A DNA stretch of 64,000 nt from Phoronis australis (lineage: Eukaryota; Animalia; Phoronida): NCBI GenBank assembly GCA_002633005.1, contig NMRA01000015.1, positions 848,297 through 912,296 on the forward strand. The letters are read 5' to 3'. Position numbers and translations under genes: made by a program. Below the pieces are notes generated by a model. That model did not search any database, had not been told where the DNA came from, and was given only the letters and a program-made list of their open reading frames with translations. Of the stretch, positions 1-14,800 are shown one piece after another. Numbering within the stretch: position 1 is the first letter of the stretch; each line of letters begins with the position of its first letter.

Positions 1-1712
1 CACAGGATTATTCACTGACACTGTGGCCAACAATAAACACTACCACTCGTAGTCTTAAGAATAGTTAAGCTTTGCTCTATTTACTGAGATGGGGGAAGGA
101 CTGAATGGTCAAATTTGAGGATGTTGTGAGAAATTAAAAAAAAAAAACATTGTTTAACTGAAACTCTTCCTTACTGTGCCAGCAGTGGTTTCTGTGGTAC
201 AATGTTTGTAAACTCACTTTGTATTCAAGGTGTTGGTAGTGCTGCCATATTTTGATAGCTAGTTTTGAAAGTTCTTTCTGCGACGGATATCTACTAACAA
301 CTACACTGTTCTGTGCTTGTGCGAAAATGAACCGTGGCCTTGGCATTGTCTTCATAAGCCAAGCAGTGTCACAACGGTATTACGTCGCACGTGGACGCCG
401 AAGGCGTAGCTAAGCCCATGAATCTGTTAGGTGACAATAGGTTGTCTTCACTCCCTTTGTTTACATAATAGTGTGTAACAGTGACTTACTTTTTATTGTT
501 TAAAGAGTATCATTGTCATAAAAAGCAATGCTAGTGCAGTACTCAAATAAACACCACTAAAATCCCTTCTACTGAAGTAAAAATCAACTCGAAAATTCCA
601 CTATTAGTCAAAAATGCCGCGAAAATTCCTCTTTTAGAAGGTAGTGGCACCTTTCTCCTCACGTGAGTGAGGGCCCTGCTCGCGGTTTAAACATTATAAT
701 CGGAACTTGATTCGAAAAATGACCAATTGTCTTGCACGCTTCGACTACACTGACAAATTTGTTCTCGAATCATGTGGTGTGAATGGCTGAAGGTAAGCGT
801 ACATCGACAAGGCGGCAGACTCCGCACTTGTCAGTTTCTAACCACGCGTACACCGGTAATTTAACGGTTGTGAGAAACTAGGCAGTCCCATTTACCCCCA
901 GTCACGTTTGCGGACTCCGTCGAAAGCGACTGGCAGAGACTGAGTTGTAACCATTGAAGAGTATGCTTGGAGGCGCTTGTAATCACGTGACTATTCGATG
1001 TCGAAAAGACACGATTTTTCGCGTCACATTACCCACTGACACAGGGCCACCCATACTGAAAAGTGGCCCTGTAGAACCATGATGAACGACGCTCGGAATT
1101 CCGTATGTGGTCATCAATGTGCTTGGTCGGAAGTTTACCGATCGCATCACCACTACTTGCATACGCCTTCCGTATCATGACGGCGTTTTCCCGTTCAGTG
1201 ACTTTACCAGACCTAGAGGGTTGTGAGCATGTGATAAAATCTAACATCTTTGTTAACTGACAAGCATAGTCTTTTGTCTGGTTTGACAACAGGCAGGCCA
1301 ATTATCTACCAGGCTTATTACAGATCGCGTGTGAACACAGTCAAACCCAAAGCGAATTGGTATGTTCGGAAAAAATAGATTGTTGTAACTTCCGTTGCTG
1401 TTGGGCGATTTTGGCGATTCAAAATTAAACATGATCATTTGACGAGGATTTCAGAAATGCTATTGGTTTATGTTCATATATGTTATAACTTAATTTTTAT
1501 TTCTAACAGCACAGCCCAGTCAGGCTAGATACGATCTTAGTGGAGATTAGAGCAATTACCAAACAAAAGAGAGCTGGCCCTCCAACCATAAATGCCAGAA
1601 TGGAGTTAATCAGTCGTGTAAGATATTGGCTACAGGGGTCATCTTCCCAACTTGCTGTTGGGCTACAGAATAGAACAAGTTGGGAGCAACGGGAACGACA
1701 CCCCGTAATGTG

Positions 1713-1969
1713 CATGCGCGCACCCGGGGGGGGGGGGCTCGGGGGGCTCGAATGAACCCCCCCATTTGGCAAAGTGGGCAAAAAGGTCCGCCTCAGAGAG
1801 ACAACAAGTCGAGACAATGAGACAAAAGTCCACTAAACAAGCACAGACGCGCCATTCACAGTGGTGCCCTCGTTTTTTTTGTTTTTTAGTCCGCCCGCTT
1901 TTTGTTGCCAAAAGGACAACAACGTCAGGAATTCGAGCCCCCCATATTGAAGGCTGGGTGCGCGTATGA
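1713..1969. mobile_element. GC-rich MITE
   Basis: TIR CATGCGCGCACCC...GGGTGCGCGTATG; ATGTG on both flanks. Confidence 0.55.
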
Positions 1970-2759
1970 TGTGCACTGTACTTGTTTAGGATTAGGCCAC
2001 TGGATCGGGATTTTCTTTATTTTGTTTACCCCCATTATTGCCCGTTTTAATAATTGCAATTATTCAAGGCGACGTGGTCGCCATAGTTCGTAACAGAAAA
2101 CAGAAGGGGTTTTCCAGATTTCAATCGATGGGAATGTCTCAATTTTATGACGTTGGTCGCATTACTTTATCCAATGAGAAGCCATGTTAAACAACATGAG
2201 TGTGGCGCCACATTTGACGAGAGCATCGTCTGAAGAATGGGCCAACTATTCACCATTTTGTTGAGCTTTAGTGTAAAATTAGGTCACGTGACCATAACAC
2301 GGTCGTTCAAAGGTCACCACTAGTTGCAGGGAGGCGAACATCGAGTAGAGAGAGACCAGCGAAAATGACTGGAACCAGAGGCGAGGGTAGAACATGTGCA
2401 ACTGACGGCAACCGAGCGATCAGCAGTACGCCGTCAGTGGTAAGAAGACGGACGAGTGGACCAGACTCGCAAACCGATCAGTTTCCATTTGCTCTCAGTT
2501 GTCGGTAACCTGTGACAACTGGTTGTGTTCAGTTTTAAGGTCGATGTACGCTAGGCTTTAAGCCCTGCCTCCCGTTTAGTAACGCTAGAACTTCGCTAAA
2601 AAGCAAGACTTCGCAAGATTACGTGTGATATTGCCGTGTATTTTAAATGAGAACACGTGACTTTGACTAGGTTTTAGCTAAATCCTAACGTAGGTTCTAG
2701 CGTCTACTGAACGCACGCCTGGTTTAGTCCTCGCATGGCAATTTTTGAGAAATATCTAC

Positions 2760-2813
2760 CTGTCACTTTGCGTGCGGATGACGACGTCATATCTTCAGTG
2801 CTATTCGTCGTTT
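2760..2813 (-). CDS. Small Ser/Thr-rich exon of lectin gene (xTTNSTEDMTSSSARKVT)
   Basis: Acceptor ttttattgcag, donor GTAGAT, 54 nt, phase 1-1, open frame, N-S-T sequon. Confidence 0.5.
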
Positions 2814-5800
2814 CTGCAATAAAATACACCAAACGACTTAGACTGGCAGGGATCTTCTCTAGCTTTACTGTATAAAGATGGTCATTCCTTTGGATATGAA
2901 ATTTTGTATGGTTGTACGTGTCTTTAGGGGAGAGGGCGGGATACAGGCCCCTTAAAGGAGAATTCCACCCGATTTAATTGATTAGTCTTTTTACCGTCTT
3001 AATCGGTCTATATCCACATCGCCTCTTATACGGTCAACCTCACCTTACCGAGAGGTGTCGTGGTAATACGTGTGAGGAAGGTGAGAAACGACGCAGCGAC
3101 TTCAGTGATTCGTCTGCAGAATGAATGCCGCTATATTGCGGTACATCGTTCCCGCTTGTCCAAACTATGAAGTTGCAATGAAAGCGGGTATGTCGTTTTT
3201 TCGACTTCCTCGAAAGCCCGAAATGCTTAGGAAGTGGGTCGCGGTAGTGAAGAACGAAAGGTACGCCGTTAATAGCAAGTATCAGGCCGTGAAATATATC
3301 CGTGTCTTTGGCCGGCATTTCGTCGACAGTGATTTGTCTGACGAATTCCGGCTTACCAAAGAACTATATACTTTCCGTTGCCTGTGCATGTTCACGACGC
3401 CTCTCTAGTATTTCCTGATCAGTGTATTCCGGTTCGAACTGATAGCCTGTGAAACCTAACGATCCGACCCGTAAAGTCTTCGTCGGATATGTCGAGATTC
3501 AAGTTGGCAGCGGGTTTGTTGGCATGTAGACGTTTATTATTCTGCGTTCTGTTTCAAAATGAATTATTCTCATCCTAACCAATGATTATATAAAACTGAA
3601 ACAAAGTCTGCCTCAATTCGTTATGCCTTTGGAGTATTCGTGAGTGCAAATGTCGAGAAGCCAGCAATGAATAAACCACTGCGTTACCGGCTTTTGATGC
3701 TGGCAATAAAGGTAATTGACCGGGCACCGAGGCCGTGTGAGGGCATGCTAATTCAGTGTTTGCCGACAGAAAGCTGTTGTGAAACAATTACTCGACTTTA
3801 TATGCTATGGTCACATGATAGGGGAATCTTTAGTTAGAAATACAAATACATTATTCAAATCATTGTTACTGCACTACCTTTGCCCTGACGGTCTGTGGAA
3901 GGAACACCCGACTTCGCAGCCCCCGACAAGTAAGTAGATTTTCAGTTTCGTGGCTAATTCACATAAACAATTACGTGAACATTATTTCTTTGGCTCACTA
4001 TTATAGTCTTTTCGTGACTGGAGGTTTAGTTTCCAACTCGAGGTGGTTTATGTTCGTGCCAGTCCCGGCCGGCCGCGACGGGCCTGATCGGGCTTCGAGC
4101 CACTGGCCGGGATAACCAGTCAGTCCTGTCGCGACGGGCCTGATCGGGTTCCGAGCCACTGGCCGGGATAACAAGCGTTTTGTGTGTTTAGAACTTAAAA
4201 AAGTCTAAACACCACAGATCTAAGTTCTCCTGTCTGTATTTCACTGAAGACTACCTCGAATTTATCTCTAAACAGACACCAAACTCCTGCTACGGATCTT
4301 GGTAAGTTGGCCTGCCGAACTTTGTAGGCTACGGTGTATCCAAATTACGAATAAATTCGTAACAGCGAACTAAAACAACACGTTTTTATAAGAACTCGGT
4401 GTATTTTTAAGGATTTTACATCGAAGTTTGATGATTTATTGGTGTTAAAAAATAAATTTAAGCGATAAGCTGACACCAGCAGTAACCCGTGTTGTGAACT
4501 GCTGAACAGACATCGTGTGAAACCAATGACGTCATTGGATAATTTCAACACCTCCGTCTGCCGTCAGGTGTCAGGTAACGCAACCGAACGTGCCGTTATC
4601 GAGTAGAACTACTCGATCTAAATTGATACAAAATAGGTTTTTTGGTGGCATTCTCCTTTAAGCCACCCTGCGAGTATGACGGCCTAGCTGGGATATGAAA
4701 TTCGATGGGTCAAATGATGACTGCCGGGGTGCGAAAGTGATCTGGGGTCCCGCAGTTCCACCAACGTTTCTCTTCCGCTGCGCCAGAATTTGCTGTCCCA
4801 ATCGTAGTCAGTTTCAATCTATGAGGTGGGGGAGCATGCACTTTCATAGATAGCGTATACGGGGCAGAACACTTAGATGAACGGTAGGCTCAGGGGTAGG
4901 TTAACTTTGAAAGGGTGCCTTTCTGAATAAATTCCGTTCGAAACGGTTCACTGGTGAGTGTGTTTAATTAAGCTACAATCAAAGCATGTCATCATAGGGA
5001 GCCGATTCAATTACAAAGTGAATGCAGCCTACTTGAAATTGATTCTTTTGTAGAGACATTTGGTTGTCAAAATTACGTTCTGACGTCGACAGCCTCTAGC
5101 AATTAAAGCAAACGTTTTAAATACTCCTGTTTAGGTCACGGTTTTTAAAACATTTATCACTCGCCATGGGTGATACTGGTCTACATAACTATATGTATAC
5201 CGATTCAAACTCGGTACAATCAAACTACTGACAGACTAAAAAGGGGCGTGCTGGCAACGCCATAGCCTACAAAACTGAAGGCCTTTTAAGGTGAGTGCTA
5301 AACGCGGTGACCTAATTGAACAAAGCTGAAGCTTGTAAAAATCTGGAGTCTATTCATGAAAAATGACTTAGACTTATGTCTCAAACTTGGTCTTACGCTC
5401 CACACAACTTTTTTTCTCGAAAAATGATTAAATCTCACTAACGCAAAAGTGCAATGCGTCTGCGAATAAACTCGGAACTGATAGTAACTGAGATAATTTT
5501 ACAATCTATTTCTAGACTCTGATGAGCTCATAATTACTTGGCTAAGCCCTTTAGAAATTGCGAGGTGGGAGCGTAAGGCCAAATTTCTGTCTTATCTTAA
5601 ATAACTTCCATGAAACTTTGATAGCCTACCGTACTGACAAATGAACTTGTAATTATACAACCATCTGTTACATGCAGAGTCGTGCCACTTAAAGTTGTCG
5701 GAAGGAGTCATCAGAACGCAGTCTTCGCCCCAAAAGAAATCGTTGGGTTCGCCTGCCGCCCAGAAGGTAAAACCATCGCCTAAAGTTCCTCCTAAACACA

Positions 5801-8800
5801 AGATTAATTAAAACAGTGATATTGTAGCAACACCAAGTAATCAACATTAAGTCAACTAGATTACAATCACACTAAATTTAGTCAACTCGTCTCTAAAAAT
5901 GCCGTTTACACATCAAAAGTTGACACGGATCAGCTGACACGGAACGAGTTGTTCCAGTGTGTATACGGGACTGACTCGGAGCAAAGTGACACCGTGGTGA
6001 CAGATTTTGCCACCCGTTTGTGAGGTAGAGCAATTTGCGCTCGAACATCTTGCTCAGTGTCAATTACATGTCTAAACGCGAAACTGGGGCAAGGCGGAAA
6101 AGATCATCTCTACTGCGCTTGCCTAATGACCTGCGTACGGGTTCTTTGTCTCTGCAACTCTCGTCATTTGTAAACCTGCGCATGTGCGATCCAGTCTCTC
6201 CAGCCTGCAATTTCCGTCTTGCCAAAGTTAGTGAGTTGTGTGTGTAAACGGCCGCTTGACACGGGTCAATTTGCTCCGTGTCAGTTGCGCCGGGCCAAAA
6301 GTTGATGTCGGACTTAAGCACACAAGTAGGATTTAATGGATGAAGCCACCTCCCGAAATACCACAGCGCCTCTCCGGTACTGCAGTATTACCAACAAAAC
6401 TGCACGCCAGCACAGAACTCGAGTCACTGTTTCCGTGCTAACAGCTCATTTACACGGTAATTGGATTTGGGGAACGTTTTATAATGTTTTACTTTACACA
6501 GTTAATTCAATGAGTGCAATAATGATACACATCGTGAAAAGCGTGTGGGTGACTATGAACCGTTCTTCCGACTCAGCTTACAACTTTTCAGCTGTCTTGA
6601 CTTGCCAAAAGTAAACCAATCATACAGCGCATTTTTCTGTCTCCTCAAACAGGAAATTAGAATCCTGAAGTGGGACTGAATTCCACCTACGCCCATGATT
6701 TTTGAGTTTTCATGGGTGTGGATATAACCGAAGAAGTATAAGTAGTAATGTAAGCACCATGCGCCCAATCTTGCTACTACAAAGCTACAAATGCACATGT
6801 CGCCGACCACGTCTGGTGAACGATATGGTAAAAGCTGTGGAGCCCGTCTTAACAAATGTTAGTTCTAGGCATAACTGAGATGGTCGTTAGCACGTTATAG
6901 TAACCGCAACACTGCATTTTTGGAAGAGCCGTGAACAGCTGGTAGCAAATGACGTAACGTTGATATTTTCATAATATTCTCAGACGTAATGACCACCTTC
7001 ACGAGCCGAGTTAATGAGCTGGATGTTTGACATATCTTCCGTGATGACAACGAAGCTCCATCTTCTGATATATAAAAGGAGAGTTGGATTGGTGAAAATG
7101 GTAATTTATTATGACGAAGCAATGGAAATAATACAAATACTCTCAATTGATCCGTTGCTAAACTAAGTATCGCTCCGCTTTCTCCATCACGCTTCATGCA
7201 ACATTTGAGTTTTTTCGTAGAAATCATGAAAGTCGCTCACTGGAACAATTAAAAACAATTCCTAGTAGCCTTTTTGGAAAACCGTGCATGAAGAATAGTA
7301 TCTTCGAGTTTGAAATGAATTCGAACAGTCTGTTTTATATTGTGCTCAATAGATGTCACCAGTATTTTGTTAGCGCATCCTTGTGGCCATGTGAGTATTG
7401 AGTTTAGTTCGGCAATAGATGATGCGAAAGAAAGCCGTGTTTTACATTTCGCTCTGGATTTTGCTAACAACCTTGCTACTGCTGTCGCTGATATCCAATA
7501 CAGTCATTTCTAAGATATTATGTTCGAAGTTAGCCAAATTGGGACATTTTTCTAGTGTCCTACATAACCTTAGTCAAGAGAAGGGCATACCGTCGGACCA
7601 CTCCCACAGTTCTTCGGTAGTGCGGTCATTTAGACCAATCCATATACCATCATCACTTCCCCAACCCAAGTCATTCAGAGCCTGTTTTACAAACTGGTGT
7701 GTAGAGTTGTCTCGAACGCTCGCCAGATGTCCTCCGTTGCTCTGACACTTATCCTCCGCTGATACCCATGACATTTCCGCGGACACAAATTCGTAACAAA
7801 TCGTGCCTCTTAATCGCTTGTTGGACCCGGTGCACACACTTGAACCTATATAACATCAATTGCTAATTAGGGGCAGCATAGGTTACGGAAATTTGAACTG
7901 TAAGTTTTTTGCTCGGTACTCAACTTGCACCTAGTGGACTTGACTTTCATCTAGCTGGTGGTTGTGACTCACCGTTCATAGACACATTTACAGGCGAAGC
8001 TGTGGAAACTATGGCCATTTGCACGGTTGATATTCGTGATGACGTTACACGACTCCCTGTGGTGGTTGTTGTAGAATCGAGTTCCTGTCTTTCAGTTAAA
8101 GGCCGTGTAAATGTAGTTTTCTCCAATGTTACCGACGATGTGCTTGCAAGTAGTGTTACAGTGTCTCGTGTCATGTGTAGTCTAGATGACGTATTCAGCG
8201 TAGGTGTCGTGCTCAGCTTAAGTGTCGGCTCCAGTGTAGCTGAAATGGGCGATGATGTCTTGCTCACTATCTCTAAAAGATAATGTGTGGTTTTCGAATT
8301 AACTCTGATTTGAAAACGAAACTGTGCTTACGCAATAGCAAAAACTGATCTCTCTCCAGGCACGTGACTCAGAAGGTGCAACTTATTGGTGGCACAAACA
8401 AATTCGACTTCCTCAAAAGGTCACCCGTCCACCGTGAACTATCATTTTTCTCTCCGAGCCATCAGCTATCACATTATCCATAGTACCTTGGTTTAGCCAA
8501 CGACACGGTCAATGGCAAGTCCAATGCAGTCTCTCATTTTTTTCTATTGAAGAATACACAGAACATACAAGGAAAATAATGACAAACCCAGAAATCGCGA
8601 AGCATTATATCTGGGTTGTAGACAGTACATAAATGAAAGTGGTATACATAGAACTATACACACGTCAATAGTGTTTAATATAAATACTCAACTACTTAGA
8701 TACGCTGTTACGAACATATTAGAAACAAAAACATGAACAGATACGGAAATCAGATGCAACAAGATTGATATAAGCGATGCATAAAAATTGCTTAAGAGGA

Positions 8801-11800
8801 ATTCATTGAGAAAAAGGTCGAAGTTTGGACTACCATATAATAATAATAATGTAACTTAAGTAGAGATATTATTAGAGGAATTGAAAGCATTAACAATTAA
8901 TTGGTTTTCATTAAGTGCACGAAGGAGTGAGTTTCTCGGGCATTCGACGACAGCACATTTGAAGAAAACGTGAGGATAAGATTGGTCACCACAATTACAG
9001 TTTGGAGAGACATTACTAAAGTTGTGCCTAAACTTGTCGAAATTGAGGAAAATACCACATCTCGATCGGTACAATGCTATTTTGTTTTCGCATGGAAGCG
9101 AGAATCGTGTCAGAGCTAATGAGTTGTCAAAATTATGAGAAACAGTTCTAAAATGGTTTTTATATTCGTAAAAGTTTTGCTTTCCTTTACAGACTCTGGA
9201 AGAGAATTCCAGTTGTTGATATGCACATCATCACTGTAGACCTTTAGTGAATGCCTGACTGAACGACGGAAGAACCGCATGTCGGGCGGAAGATCTCAAA
9301 CCAGTACGATGGCCTTGTCTGGTATATAGATCAAATACTTTTTGACAGAGACATTGTTGACATTGTTTAGTAAATGTGGTCATGTGAAGATTGCGCCGAA
9401 TAGATAGTTTGGGCCACTTGAAACTATTCAAAACCATTCTCTCATTGAAACTATCATAAAACAGCAAGCACATTTCCTTTTTGTGAATCTTTCAAACGTA
9501 ATGTTTTTTCTTTTCGTCTGTGAAATCATAGACTGCATACAGACAACAGATTCGCAACTTCGACATTTTCCTTTGGAATATACCAGAAGAGGCGCCAATC
9601 TCTTCAATTACGAATCTCAGCTTCCGGTTATTGTGTTTTGACGGGAAATTCTTGCATACTGTCTAGTACTACGAAACAAAATAATTTCGGAATCAAAACG
9701 CTGTTCAGAGTCTTCAAATAGTAGAACTCTTGGTGTCGTGAATACTTTTGGCTACGGTACAGGTCGTGTAATTGCAAAGTTCAGACGTTAGTTTTGACTG
9801 ATTTTGCAGTCTGCTTGCATGTAGCAGCACATAGTTACACCGAACAGCTTGGGATTAATGATTCATGTACTGGGGAAATTACAAAAGCGTATTTGTGCAC
9901 AAATTCTACGGCCTGAGTATCTATGAATGTAATGTTTCAATAATTTATTGATTTTGTTCGGATTGAAATGTGCCACGTCAACGAATTCACTGGTCCAACG
10001 TCCGTTAATAATTAAAAGTTGTCAAGTGAACAGTTCTTCTGGGTAGGGCCATTGGTGTGTATGAGCCATAGGTATAGTGGGAAATGGTCTTTAAAAGAAC
10101 CGTTGAATAATTCGACATAAATAGCATAGTATACCGTGGTCACTCAAATACTGAAGGTTTCTTCATTCAAGTTTTCATCAGGAAAACCTTGGATGAAAAC
10201 AAAGAAGAAGAAGATAACATCGATGACAGTTATAATTCCTTAAACAGAAGTTGCCATTAAGTAACGTCATCACAAACCCTGTCTCGTTCAGTTCAAATTT
10301 CGAAGGACATCGACTTCGTGCAATTCTGTGTTGGTATCACCATTGATTTACGATGGCCCGAGGATGACACCACTCGCTGTATCTTGAGTCACTGTTGCAA
10401 ATTCCCTGCGTAACAACAACGCTTCACGGGCATTTTACAGAGCAAAGTGATTTAACACCACTCAAAGGACACAATTATCGATGATATAAATCTGACTTGC
10501 ACTTTCAATAGCCGTAAAGTACTCGTAACTCACCGTACTGACAAATGTACTGAAAGCTGCTGAACCATTTGGAACAACTGTCGTCCTTCCACTTGAAGTC
10601 GTCGAGACTTAAGTAGACGCAGTCTTCTTCGGCAAAAACCCCACCACCACTTGGTTCACCGGTAGCCCAGTTATTGAAACTTCCTCCAAGAATCACGCCT
10701 GAGATTATTAATTAATTATCAAAATTATAAAGGGATCTCTGTTCGCACTTACAGCGTTTTTAGCTAGAACACAAAATACAAGGTTACTTACTCACAGAGA
10801 ATGTGTCTCAAACCTCTAAACCTCTCTATACCACGATAATAAACGACATACACTCCCAACAAATCGACTAGGACATGGACTAAGGAAGGTTCTCTAAATG
10901 CTACCCACTTTAACAAGGATGTCAAAGCCTTACGAAACCTGGCAGAATCGTTATCTCATTCCCTTTTGATTGTCGTCATTAATGGCTGTTATGACACGAA
11001 AACTTATGAGACGAATTTGAAAGTTTTTAGTCAGCCTGCTGTAATTTGGTTGTTAGCCGGCCGTGAATACGCTGAAAATGTGCAAGCTGGGTGTTTGTGG
11101 CAGAAAGCGTTCAGTAGTTGTCGTTATTTTTAAAGATTATCAGTGACTTCAGTTTACCTATTTCCTGTCTATTTCACGTTCTCTGTGTCATATAACTAAC
11201 TTGCCACATAACGTAAACCCGATAAGTCCAAGTATCGAAACTCCAAAAATTCTGCCGTAAATTATTACCATTTGCATGTATCAAACGTAAACAATCAATA
11301 TTTCAGTGCCGTGCTTATAAAAACATGGCCTCCGAAGAATCGTGTTGTCAAATGAGTTTGGTCAGGCTGCGCATCACGACGCTGATCTGGCGTCACAACC
11401 TGGTCAGAATCTACTGGCATATGGATTGTTTCCAGTTACGTCATCAGTACCCGGAAATGCGCCATATTGGAAGACAAGCAGAGACGTTTGTTTTGATCTT
11501 GCGGCAATAGGATAGGCCCAATAAAGGGGCGTGAAGATTGTTTTTATAGGAAGCTAGGGTCAAATTTCTGGAATCCAAGAGCTTTGAGTAGGGATGAACC
11601 CTTACGACCTTAGGCCTCCTGGCCAAGTGCCTCAGTGAGCAAAAGATGCAAAAGTTCATATAAACATTCCGTACCGTTGGACCACTCCCAACTGTTTTCC
11701 GTGTTGCGATCGCTTAAACCAATCCATACTCCACCACTGCTTCCCCAATTTAGGTTCCTCAAAGTCTGCTCTATAAACTGTTGCGTAGCGTTATCTCTGA

Positions 11801-14800
11801 TGGCCACCAGGTGTCCTCCGTGGTACGCGCACGCGGACTCTGCTGCGTTCCAATCTGAGGTGGCGTTTTGGAAGAACTCGTAACAGTCGTCATTCAGGAT
11901 ACGGAGAGTGTTACTCAACTGAGAACATCGGCCCAGATTCGCAATAACTAGACACAACAAAAACATAATAACAATCTGCCTCCCGATACTGATTGTAATG
12001 ATTCGCTAATTTTGACTATAAATCAACATAATCAAATTCTCTATCAAAATATTCGTCATTTACAAAATAATGAAATCACAAGTGTCCTGTCACTGTCTCT
12101 ATTTGTCACAATATCACTGAAGATTTGTTAGGATTAAAAACCATTTTGTAATTTTGGTGCTGTCTTCTCGACATTAGACAGTAGAGCAGCGCTCGATCTG
12201 TGCCCAAATCAGTAGGCTTAGTTACCTGTGGGTTGCGTCACCGCCGAAGTGGCTGTGGTACTGTCGTTGGACATAACTTTAGTCGTGTTTGACACTGGTG
12301 AAACTGATGCGCTTGTCCACGTCTCTGTGGTAGCGGTTGATTTGAGAGATGTAGGCGGTTTGACTGGATCTGTGAACAATTCAGAAACAGTCTTCTGCAG
12401 GCTAATCTCGTAAAACAATATTTCAAACCAGTGACAACGTAACTCGGTGAAAATTCAAGCAAGCAAGTTTCAGCTAGGGCAGGCGCACATGTGCGCAAAT
12501 CTAAAGAATTCGTCTTTTCATTTTTTCAATTTCTGGAGTACAGCTAACTGGTGGTTTTAGAGGTTAGCCAAAGAAGCCACTGCCATCTTCATAAACTTCA
12601 TTTCTGTCGTTCTTTAAATAATTGGCTACGATTGAAATTTAAAAAGTCAACTCGAAGGTATTCAAGGAGTTTCTACACACAAACATAACGCTTTCAATCT
12701 AGTACTTATCTTATTTTCAAGTTAAAAGGATACTAAACCCTGTTTTGATTATTTCAACCAATCTTTCTTCTGTTACCCGCTAATGGATCATTGGTGTCAA
12801 TCTTCGGAGTTAAAGGCAGGAATCAACTAAAAACTCGTATTCCCTATGTCACAAATTGGGCACTATGGTTCTTGGAGGCTGGTTTTTCCCCACAGTAGCC
12901 GCGTAATTCGCTAAAAGCGTACGCCCCGCTTACCTGATTAGCAGACTTTGAAGGTTTTCCTCCAACGTTTTGAGGGTTGTGGAGGGTTAAAAGCATTATT
13001 TTCTTGCACAGATGGGAAAGTCGTTTTAGTATCTGTTAATAGGCCAAAGTCGGGCTTGGTATTCTTATAACGTGCGCTGTTCCATGAGAATTAACCAACG
13101 GTTGCGCGCGTGCAGTGTAAGGATCCGTCGTATTGAGAAACGTTCAATAGAAGGTAATCGTAAATGAGGCTACTGTGGTGTGAGACTATTCTAGTTAGGC
13201 TATTCAGCTATATTGAAATCTCCGGTGTAAATTGCGTAGGTGGAGTATACGTTTGCATCACGCAGATGATCAATTTTCATGACCAGGATTCATTACGAAA
13301 GGCTGCCTTTTCCGACACAAGTGTTCACTTAACGAGTTAGAGACTCTACAAGATGTTTTGTTTCAGCGGATCGAACTCTACAGTATGGCCTGAAAGATCA
13401 TGGCACTGTTCTGCCATAAGAACATTTACCGATTGTCATGCAACTTCAAATCCATGACGCTGTGCAACTAGCGTAGATGGTCAAACTTAGGTTGCCGTCG
13501 CTCACGCCTCGACGGGGTTGGAAGAAATCGCCTTTCGTTGAACCATGAATGGCCGTTAAGGGGGGAGGTGTCGTCGTAAAGTTACGCGGCAAATAATTAC
13601 TGTACGTCGTTAAATTATTCCGCAAATAATTACTTTATGCTGCAAATAATTACTTCACGCTGCAAAAAAAGCAATTTGCGCCACAAATAATTAATTTACG
13701 CCCCTAATAAGAATTAATTTAAGCACGTTATTCTACGGCGACACTTTCCCCTAACGGCCCATCATACAATACCACACGACAAAAATGACACATTTAAATG
13801 GCGACTGAAAGTGATCTATGGAATGGTGCTGTGACGGTCACTTACCGTATTGACATATGGAAGGATACGGTACACCAAGAAGGTAGCCCTGGCATGACTG
13901 GTCTTGCCACTTGTAGTTCCTGTCTGTTAGCATCTGTACACAGTCTCTTTCATAAAACCAAGTGTCTCCGCTCGGTGCATCAGTGAGCCAGTTGTTAAAA
14001 CCTTCTCCCAGCTCCTCTCCTAATCATAAAGTGCAACTTGGATGAGAGTACGTCTACATTTCTAACGCACACACGTTGTGTTTTATATATCTTACAGGCG
14101 CTGACCCCCGTGCAAGTCGAGGGCTTTAAGTATCCGTGTAGGACTCATTTTGCTTGGTAAAGAGTTGAAGTAGGGATTAGTAAAATTAGTTTTATTAGCG
14201 AAAGTTTCAAAACAGTTTCCACATGCATTAAATTTAACGGGGATATCGAAATTCTCCGGGTGGAACTTGTTACATAATGGTCACTTGCTTGCGTGCAGGC
14301 AATTACATGTAAGCAAGAAGGTTCCCGAACAGGGGAAGAACGTTGTTCTCATTCCTTGCAGATAACATATTTTAAAATTCGTTATTAGCTCCACCTAGCG
14401 AGCATCGAGTCTCGGTATTGATGAAAACCAGAGACCGTCTATGTGAAAACACTCAAGAGTTGCTCACTGTTTTGTATAATCATAAATGTGAAGCCCAGAA
14501 TTTTGTATTTAAAGCAACTGACTTATCCGTAAATACATCTGGAGTTGAAGGACACGAAGCTATGCCTGTAGTGGGTATTTTTAATACATGTAGGTAGAGC
14601 CGTATACTTACGCATTTCTCTTTTCTTCTCCGGGATATAATAGCATTTTAAAAATACTGCATGTGGTCTGATTGACGTTGCATCAGACGTGCACAGGCCG
14701 CTCATCCGGGACCATTGCACCAAACATCTATTAACATTTGAGTCTAGTATAGATCTCTGGTTCTCGATTGGTCAATCAATGATGACGTCAACCGGAGGCT

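Noticed and set aside
134-355. Possible further lectin-gene exon or 73-aa ORF
   Set aside because: The phase-1 frame contains a stop and phases do not join to the next candidate exon
6680-7510. S/T-containing open stretches inside the CTLD-C intron
   Set aside because: Multiple stops, no clean donor, and inclusion would split a domain
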